Assembly: GCA_000091205.1 (NCBI GenBank)
Contig: AP006483.2
DNA from: Cyanidioschyzon merolae
Lineage: Eukaryota
DNA: 64,000 nt
Direction: 5' to 3' (one strand)
Part shown: positions 56,517 to 64,000 of the stretch, piece by piece
How the letters are laid out: each line of letters opens with the position of its first letter
Numbering within the stretch: the stretch's first letter is position 1
Notes under the pieces: generated by a model
Seen by the model: the letters and a program-made list of their open reading frames with translations, nothing else
Told to the model about the DNA's origin: nothing
The model's database searches: none
Position numbers and translations under genes: made by a program

Positions 56517-59413
56517 AGGCTTGCTGCCGGCAAGTCCTCTCCCGGTACGAACAGCCGCGCTTCAAGCGCAGTGCTCGCTCGTGAGTTGAGAAGCTTCCTC
56601 CTGGATTCAGCTGTAAACCTCAGCGTCGCAGACACGGAAGCAGCAGTATGCTGCAAGTGCGCAAGGCAGTCCAGAGAAGTTGGATGTTCCTCGGTGTCCT
56701 ACGCGGGGCCGTGTGGAGCTGCCCTGGCACTCGACCATTCGCCTCGGGGACCCGGAGCGTCCGACCTACAACTTCCCGTCTTCTAAACTAAACCAGTACG
56801 GTGCGGTACGAAGTGAACGCGTAGCACCAGACGCTCAAAGCACGAACCAGTGGTGGCACGTGGAAGAACGCTTCTTCATGACCGTAACAACGGCAAACGC
56901 AAGTCTGCGTTGCTGGATGCGCTAGCGGTGTTGGTTTCTGGACTTGTCGCCGGTAACGCGCGGTTGCACTAGTGACAACGTCTCTTGAGCGAAATGGCCT
57001 GCTCTGGGACAAGCCAGCTTTGATGCCTGATAGCTAGAAGCTTGCTTCAGCTGTGAGCGTTCCGGGAACGGGCGTCCCAGCTCCGGCTTCTGACCAGCTG
57101 GCCGAGAACTTGCTTCGAAGCGAGCAGGACTCGTCGTCGGCGTTGCATTCGTTATGATCGAAATCAGTCGAGCGAAACAGAATCTACACGAAGGAACCGC
57201 CTTGTATGATACTATCACTCGCGACGTGTTGCTATGGAGCAGACGCTGGTGCACGCTCTAACGAGGCGCTCGTTCGTTTGTTGCGTCTCGAACCAGGGGA
57301 AACGAGAACATTGACTCGTAGACTCGCTAGTCTCCGATAGGGACACCTCACTTCCTGCCAAGTTGCAACATATCGCGCAGCGTATTCTAGCGGCTGCTCG
57401 TGAGCGAGCTCCTTGGCTACTTGTTGCGAACGCACTGAGTGGAAGCGCGTCGAGCCTCGGCGTGTACCTCGTCAAGAACGTTGTTTTGTGATGTTGCTGA
57501 CAAGCTTCACCGGTTTATGAACCGAATTCGCTGCGTGGCACCTGCCCATTGTTGCAACGCCAAAGAGGGAGCACGGGCTGGGGACAACCTTCGAGGAGCA
57601 CGTCCCGCTGCGGGAGTGTTCAGCGTATCTGCTCACCGCCAGGTGCAGATACAGCTGCAGTCGCTTCCTGTTGTCGGTCGCAAGTGACAGAATTTACACC
57701 TGAATGATATCGCGCAGATGATCGCATGATCCTTTTTCTGCCAATACGGTGACATGGGTACTCCACTAGCGTTCTGTAGCATTCCTAGACCCGAGCGTAT
57801 TCCATTCGCGTTCACTGCTTCGATGGTATGGAGCGACTCGTATACGACACATATACGTCACCTATACACATGCTGTGTCGCTACATGTCATCCACACAGT
57901 ACCGCAGAGCGCCCACTGCAGCCGCATTCGGATACGTGTAGGCTGTGGGTGTCGGGCGTTGCCTGGAGGGCGTGAGTTCGCCAGATCGCTCTTGAGCTAG
58001 TCGACTTTGGTATTGGGCATCATCGGATGCTGGAATGGAGCCTTCTGTGGTGACCAGTTCGTTTCTCCTACGTGACCCAAGAAGGCGCTCATCGTTTCGA
58101 ACGGTAAGCGGTCAGAGGAGAAGGCAAAAACTGATACCGATGCACACTCGGGCACCTTGCTCTACGAACTGCGTGGCGGCCTCGATCCATCGAGCAGCTC
58201 AGCGGTGCATCGATCTGCAGCAAGTGCAGCGGATGATACCGGTGCTGCGTATCGAGACCAACGCCTCTAGAGCAGTTCGATAACGGAATCGGGTCGAAAG
58301 CAATCTTTCCAGGAGGCCAGCGCTCAGCTAGTGTGCACGCTCATACTGGAAGCTGTTGGAGTGCTTTTTGGATTCGTCGCGGGCGATAAGCGTTTGCGAA
58401 GCGTGTGCGTCAGAGCAGCAAACAGACCCAGCCGGATAGCGGCAAATACAAGCGATATCTAATGAATGGAGTGCCTTAGGTGCCGGTGCGGTGCGAGAGC
58501 ATTCGCGAGTCTCGTGGAAACAACAGAGGAAGAGCGCAGCTGCAACTTTCGTGGCAACTGCTGCACAGACGGCTGCTTCCGATTCCATGACCCATAACCA
58601 CTGCGATAGGTGATGCATATGAGTTGCTGCAGCCGCCTCAGCGTAAAAGAGTGCCACCTGGTTGCAGCGCGCTTGCGGTGCATGCATCAGTCGTGCTCAA
58701 CGCTGCGCTTCTAGTCCGAGCATCGCGCGTCATCTACAGGCCTGTTCGTTGGACTAGCATCCGCCCCTACCCGCGGGGTATCGATACAGATGGTGCATTG
58801 AACTTTCGTCGTGATCATTCGAACGACGGATCTGATTTCCCTCAATTTCTTCGTGGATGACAAGGCTGCTTTCTATCCGCCGCATTCGCAAGCGCGTCTT
58901 CCTCCCAAACTCTTGACGCAGCGAGTTCGCATTAGCCTTGATCCGCCATTGCAACGCTCGAATATCCGATCCAGAAAGCGGTGTTTTGAATACTCGAGCC
59001 GTGTGTGCTTCCCGAACATTCGAGCTGTTTTCGTCAAGAGCAGCGATCCGGAGAGGTAGCATGGCCCTGGTCAGGACTCCACGGCCCACATCGCGCACGT
59101 GACGTACAACTTTGGTGCACTGACCAGCGCTGTCGTCTTGCGCAAAGCATTCGACGCACCATGCACATCGTCTGCAACTCGCCGCGGCTTGCAGCGAATA
59201 AGAAAGGCACGGTTGCGTCAACCTTACCGACGATGCAGGCATCTACCCAGCGAAGATCGTGCAGCGCATGGTCGCTGCGTGATTGGCTCCCAGGAATGCT
59301 ATGATGGAAGCGTACCAAACTTTTGCGATGCCAGGAGCGCACTGATACCAACGTTGTGACGGATCTCGCCAAATGCAAACTCAACGTTTGCAGCTCCGAC
59401 GTTCGCCTCTGCT

Positions 59414-60052
59414 CTAGGGAATGGTCTCGAACGGAGCAGTGTCGCGATAACATGGTTCAAATGCACGTTCTACGGCGTCTCGAGCTTCTGCTTCACTACA
59501 GTTGCGGTTCATTTTGACGCTCATTTCGGCTCTGCGCTTGATGCAACGACGGAACTGCCCGCCGATGCGAAAATGGCTACGAGCGACTTCACGGAGCCAG
59601 TCGCAATCACCGCTGAGTGCAGCGGCTCGAATCTCACTGCAGGCATGGTGGACGCAGTTGCTCCAGTCCAAATATGCCCTACACTGATCGTAGGCGTGAA
59701 TAAGTTCGTGGACTAGCGTCGTCGATGTCATTGACTGCGACTGCAAATGATTGGCACACAGGATGACGGTGCCATCGTCCTGGAAGCCACCGCCAACAGC
59801 GGCCTCACAGTGGCGACAGCAGATCCGAGAAGACAACTTCTCCGCGGCACCGGGCTCCAAGGACTGCACCCCGGGCGAAGGCGGCGTTCCCGTCTGTTCA
59901 ACGAACACTGGGCACCCGGCCTCGCGGAGCGCTCTCACCATGAACTGCACAGTCGGGTTCGAATGAACTGCTCGTTGCACGAACTTTTCGCATCGCTCGA
60001 GATCGGCCGTATTTCCAACTCCTTGGTCCTCGATTTGCGCTTCAACAACCAT
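59414..60052 (-). CDS. ATP23: Mitochondrial inner membrane protease ATP23 (peptidase M76), ~212 aa from the first ATG
   Basis: 'NPTVQFMVRALREAGCP...CCRHCEAAVGGGFQDDGTVILCANHLQSQSMTSTTLVHELIHAYDQCRAYLDWSNCVHHACSEIRAAALSGDC' is collinear with ATP23/XRCC6BP1, including the HExxH zinc site and the CSEIRAA block. The track ORF starts at 60232 with GTG; the first ATG is ~60052. Confidence 0.8.
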   Translation of the reverse strand: MVVEAQIEDQGVGNTADLERCEKFVQRAVHSNPTVQFMVRALREAGCPVFVEQTGTPPSPGVQSLEPGAAEKLSSRICCRHCEAAVGGGFQDDGTVILCANHLQSQSMTSTTLVHELIHAYDQCRAYLDWSNCVHHACSEIRAAALSGDCDWLREVARSHFRIGGQFRRCIKRRAEMSVKMNRNCSEAEARDAVERAFEPCYRDTAPFETIP

Positions 60053-60877
60053 GATCAGGGAGACAAAAAGCTTGTGACAGATTGCTCTGCCAGTGCGCTT
60101 CCTGTTTGGGTCTATGGCACTGCGATTCGCTGCCTGGTCGCAAAAAAGTAAGCAGCGACAACGTCCTTGTTTGAACGTTCTAAGCGGCACTGCACAGTCT
60201 TCCAAGCACCTTGAATAGTCGGCACCGAACACAGCGTCCTGGTAAAGACCTGTTCTGTTTTACGTGCCCTTCTACCGCTAGTCAGAGCCCGTCGACGTGT
60301 CTTCGCAGTGAGCCGGAGTTCAGTTAAAGCTGTTTTCTAGAGCGTATTCCTTGACCTGGGACTCAGACTTGTCCAATATAGTGTAGCAAGCCCTCTTCGC
60401 CGTGCACTTTTTCCGACGACTCGAAAAGCGAATGCCACCGCAACAGCTGCTGCAGTTCGGCGTCGACGACGCTCCCGAGGCGCCCGGCTCGAGTTTCACA
60501 GTGCAGCGTACGCCCTTTGAATAACGACACACTTTCGTGCACCCAGTCTCCACTTGATCGAGCGGGAAGTCGCCCACTCGGCGAAGACTAGACGACAAGC
60601 GCTGCCCGTACAAGTCGCTTCGTGCGCCCAGGTCAATGGAGCGATGCGGTGCGGAGACAGGTTGCAAGAAACTACAACAAATAGGACATAAATGTATTAA
60701 AATGCCCTGTCGTTTGGAAAGACTCGCTGTCCATCGTCGAGGCTCGTTGAAGCGATTTGCGGACGTACTACAGCACTGTAGACAAGTTGCTTTCAGGAGA
60801 CACTCGGTTCGAGAGTTGAAAGCAATCGCCGCGTGCGAGATATGGTGTGAGTCTAGACGAGGCTGCGGACTCTGCTG

Positions 60878-61672
60878 ATGCTGTCCACAAACAATGATCC
60901 GTTTTATCGTTTCAAAGCTAGCGTGGAGCAGCAGTTGACTGCGCTCGAGACAAGCTTACGACAGACGAGTCCCAACGGCTTTGGGCTTGAACTCGCTTCT
61001 CATGATGGCTCGCTATCAGTCGACGGATCTTCCAACTTTGAGGCTAGCAAGGCGAAACTGAAAGAGAATCTGCGAGAGCTTTCCGAAACCGTTCGTGTTG
61101 TTCGAGGCAACCGCGAACGTTTCCCTATAACGGACGCGGAGCTTGCCGAACGAGAGCACGCCATTCATGAACTCTGGCAGCGACTCGACGCTTTGGAGTT
61201 GTCAGGAAAACAACCTGCTGTAGTGGACTCTCTTTTCTCCGCGCGACCTGGGTCGCGCTCGCGTCAGCGAGACACGGAGCCGTTTGCGAGCACCGCGTCG
61301 ACCGGACGACCCCTGGACTACGCAGCACAAAAGGCAGCGCACCGAATTGAGCGCGAAAATGAGGTATTTTTGGATCAAGAGCAAAAAGAGCAGCGAGTTT
61401 TGATCGAACAACAGGATCAGGACTTGGAAGATATGTTGTCTGTCGTGAAGAGGCTCGGCGATATGGGTCTGGCGATCCGAAGTGAGGCTTTGCGGCACGT
61501 TGAACGCATCGATGCAGTCGATTCGAGCATGAGCGCAGTCCAGTCTCGCTTCAGGCAAGTACAGTCCCGCTTGGAGTCGCTTATTCAGGAGACGGGACGG
61601 GAACGTTTATGTTCCTTGCTGGGACTGTTTGCGGTATTCGTTGTTCTGCTATTGTTGGTACTCTATACCTAG
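60878..61672 (+). CDS. Qc-SNARE, syntaxin-6 / Tlg1-like (syntaxin-6 N-terminal domain plus t-SNARE coiled coil plus C-terminal tail anchor), 264 aa
   Basis: N-terminus 'DPFYRFKASVEQQLTALE' resembles the Syntaxin-6_N start. The SNARE heptad region 'QDQDLEDMLSVVKRLGDMGLAIRSEALRHVERIDAVDSSMSAVQSRFRQVQSRLESL' has a central Gln. It ends in the hydrophobic anchor 'LLGLFAVFVVLLLLVLYT'. Confidence 0.7.
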   Translation: MLSTNNDPFYRFKASVEQQLTALETSLRQTSPNGFGLELASHDGSLSVDGSSNFEASKAKLKENLRELSETVRVVRGNRERFPITDAELAEREHAIHELWQRLDALELSGKQPAVVDSLFSARPGSRSRQRDTEPFASTASTGRPLDYAAQKAAHRIERENEVFLDQEQKEQRVLIEQQDQDLEDMLSVVKRLGDMGLAIRSEALRHVERIDAVDSSMSAVQSRFRQVQSRLESLIQETGRERLCSLLGLFAVFVVLLLLVLYT

Positions 61673-61796
61673 CAATTGGCAACTGACAAGTTAGGACAAT
61701 GGAAATTGCGTCATGTCCACGATCTTTGGTTCGAAACTTGTCTGGAAGCCTAAGGTCTCGCATAGCGGAAGCGATCGAGACGGCGGCTGGGTGCTC

Positions 61797-62150
61797 TCAG
61801 GGTATTCGGCACGTCGTAGCATAGGACATGAGCACCATGTTATGCGAGGCGTGAACCACGAGTGCATCAACTGCTGACGTCGGGTTACCGTTGGCCTCGC
61901 AGGACCCCAGCGTTAGCTGCTTTGAGCGATCGCATACGAACCATTCCCAATGGATATCAGGATACATGACTGGAGAGAAGCCATCTGGACACCGAGGAAC
62001 GCTCGTTACCCTCGGTGTCATTAGTAGTTGCCGGCTTGGTGAATAATGCACATGTGTGGGTCCAAAGTCTCCTGGCGCTCTCAGCGAAGTCAGCAAGACT
62101 CCCGCGAACAATAGCACTATGCTTACAATCATGACACGAAAACGCTGCAC
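61797..62150 (-). CDS. Hypothetical small protein with an N-terminal signal-peptide-like hydrophobic segment, 117 aa
   Basis: 'MQRFRVMIVSIVLLFAGVLLTSLRA' followed by a Cys-containing hydrophilic domain. No homology recognised; could be spurious. Confidence 0.2.
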   Translation of the reverse strand: MQRFRVMIVSIVLLFAGVLLTSLRAPGDFGPTHVHYSPSRQLLMTPRVTSVPRCPDGFSPVMYPDIHWEWFVCDRSKQLTLGSCEANGNPTSAVDALVVHASHNMVLMSYATTCRIP

Positions 62151-62271
62151 GGTCAGTCCGTCGACAGCATTTCACAGCACCAGCGTCGAGTGCCAGCTCG
62201 TGCGCCCATGCGTCCAACAGGGCAGCGACAGGGCGAGGCGCTTACTGCGCCAGCCGTCGTCTCCGACGCCA

Positions 62272-62520
62272 CCACTAGTATTCGTAATATTTGCGACACC
62301 AAGCTAGCGCCATAGAGACAACTTCGCAGTGTAATGCGTTGGTCAGGTGCAGCGGTTTCGCACGCCCACTGAAGGCATCGCTGCAGCGGGTTGCAACAAC
62401 TAGTATTTGTAATATTAGCGACACCAAGCTAGCGCCATAGAGACAACTTCACAGTGTAATGCGTTGGTCAGGTGCAGCGGTTGCGCATGCCCACTGAAGG
62501 CATCGCTGCAGCGGGTTGCA
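62272..62520. repeat. Tandem duplication of a ~125-bp unit, 2 copies
   Basis: 'actagtattcgtaatatttgcgacaccaagctagcgccatagagacaacttcgcagtgtaatgcgttggtcaggtgcagcggtttcgcacgcccactgaaggcatcgctgcagcgggttgcaaca' is repeated immediately downstream with ~6 substitutions. Confidence 0.85.
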
Positions 62521-64000
62521 GCACGCGCGCGCTAGGATCATGTAAAGTTACCAGCGCTCGATGCAGGTGCCATGTGTTACTTTTTTGAGAGCCCTGGTGT
62601 CCGAGTGCACATACAGATTGTAGAGCGCACATCTGGAACCCTGGTTGACGAACCAGGTTTGCTCCCAGACATGGCCACACCAGCGACCCAGGGAAAACGT
62701 GCATGCGACGCATGCGGACGGCCCGGCAAGAGCAGGTGTCAGCGCAGTTGTAGCTGTACGTCGCGGTACCGAACCGACTTGGTATTTCCATGGTGTCCTG
62801 GACGAGGCATCGACACTTGCGTATCAAACGCTCGAATTCATCATTACAACGATCCTCTGTCATGATTCGATCGTTCTGGGTTCAGGTTGTGAGCAGTGTT
62901 CGCACTTACCAGCCCACGCATCGAGAGCGTCTTGCGAAGACCTCTGCATATATGGAGTGATTCATGGCACAGGCTGCGCCCGTGTCAGATGAGCATGGCG
63001 TACCGAAACGCTCGTTCCGATCATGCCTTGTAATTTCCTACCCAATGTGTCGTTCACATCGATAAACTCGACATTCATGTTGGAGCAAGAACGGTTCATC
63101 GAGTCCAATGGTTTTACAGATTTTTTGGACAGAGCTTCTCGACGCCTTGCCACTACAGTTCCTTATGTTACCGTCATCATGATGATCGGCGACGTCCGTG
63201 AGACACAGTTCGTAAAGTAACCAATAGCTTCGTGTGATTCACGCGTACAAGCCTCCACGCTGCTCTCAGTCTCAAACGTAGCATGTTCGAATCAGGTATT
63301 CTCCATGTTTTCTATTTTTATGTTTCAAAACGACTTGGAGGCGCTGCAATGCGCTGCACTCCATGGATGACAATCAGTGACTCGAAGCTGTCCATTGACA
63401 CCTGCATCATAAGCATCATGGCGAAATGCCACAATGCTACTGAAATCAAATAATCGGTTCCGTTCCAGAGACAGATACTCTTTTCTTGGTGTCCGTGGAC
63501 AAAACGGGAATCGACAGCAGCATGATACCCCTCACGAGAAATATGCTCCAAAGCTCCGCTCTCTTCGGTTTGGACGGAACGACGTCTTGCACTCGGACAC
63601 AAGTCACTGCTGCGATTGCCTCCAATGGTGCGTGCGTCACGGCCTGGCAAGACCAGAGCGTAGATGGATTGAAATCGCCCGACTTCAACTCCAGCTTGGA
63701 TATCTCTTCCAGTCCGCGTGTTTATCATGGACAGCATCGCGTTCCATAAACCTCTACTGAATGGCACAGGGCGTGATTGCACATGCAACCGACAGCGTAC
63801 GCACCGAGGGAATCGTCCAAGAAAATTCCGTTTTCGCTAGGGACGGCAGCGGGCGCGATAACGAAGGAACACGTATCCGGGAGCGCCTCCTGTACCCGTC
63901 GGTGGCATGTATCGAACGAGGAAGCGAGCGTTCACACGCCATTTGGGGCACTCCTCAAAGAACCAGGAGGTGCTGCAGACGTAGCGGAAACACCGCATCA

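Noticed and set aside
1-64000. CRISPR arrays, rRNA genes, prokaryotic operon structure
   Set aside because: No short direct repeats with unique spacers were seen. There are no rRNA-like conserved blocks. The gene content (ribosomal proteins eS7/eS24, SNARE, PEX, CKS1, SAC3) is clearly eukaryotic nuclear.

Overview
This is a GC-rich, gene-dense eukaryotic nuclear segment, and I cannot assign a lineage from sequence alone. Most genes are single long ORFs with few or no introns. Two intergenic gaps are only 11-18 bp, and there are many coding trinucleotide microsatellites (polyA/Q/S runs). The ORF track calls GTG/TTG starts as 'M', so several true ATG starts lie downstream of the listed ORF starts. 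My hand-counted coordinates can be off by about 1 nt in places. Confidently recognisable genes: a GH31 glycosidase; a mitochondrial-type Xaa-Pro aminopeptidase; a PEX1/PEX6-type AAA ATPase; ribosomal proteins eS24 and eS7; TMEM14; a PFA-DSP family phosphatase with an atypical active site; a tandem CCCH (TIS11-like) zinc-finger protein; a zuotin/DNAJC2-like J-protein with SANT domains; a WDR44-like WD40 protein; CKS1; a Tim17-family protein; a RING-H2 protein; a 1600-aa SAC3/GANP protein; an ATP23 metalloprotease; and a syntaxin-6/Tlg1-like SNARE. Main points of interest: (1) a ~2.5 kb AT-rich island (44.8-47.3 kb) inside GC-rich DNA encodes a fragmented ORF with TnpB/Fanzor-like RuvC-I (GxDPGxxN) and RuvC-III (C-x-NRDxxAxxNI) motifs, so it looks like a Fanzor/OMEGA-type RNA-guided nuclease element, with a candidate 76-nt GT..AG intron and two in-frame TAG codons. 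(2) A pair of ~1.3 kb inverted repeats (~97-99% identical) brackets a 6.2 kb segment that holds the aminopeptidase gene plus ~4 kb of ORF-poor DNA; a novel Cys/His-rich 522-aa ORF starts inside one copy. (3) The RING-H2 gene has an in-frame TGA exactly at the first zinc-ligand cysteine of the finger. (4) There is a 70-bp x4 minisatellite and a 125-bp tandem duplication. No rRNA, tRNA or CRISPR array could be supported by eye.
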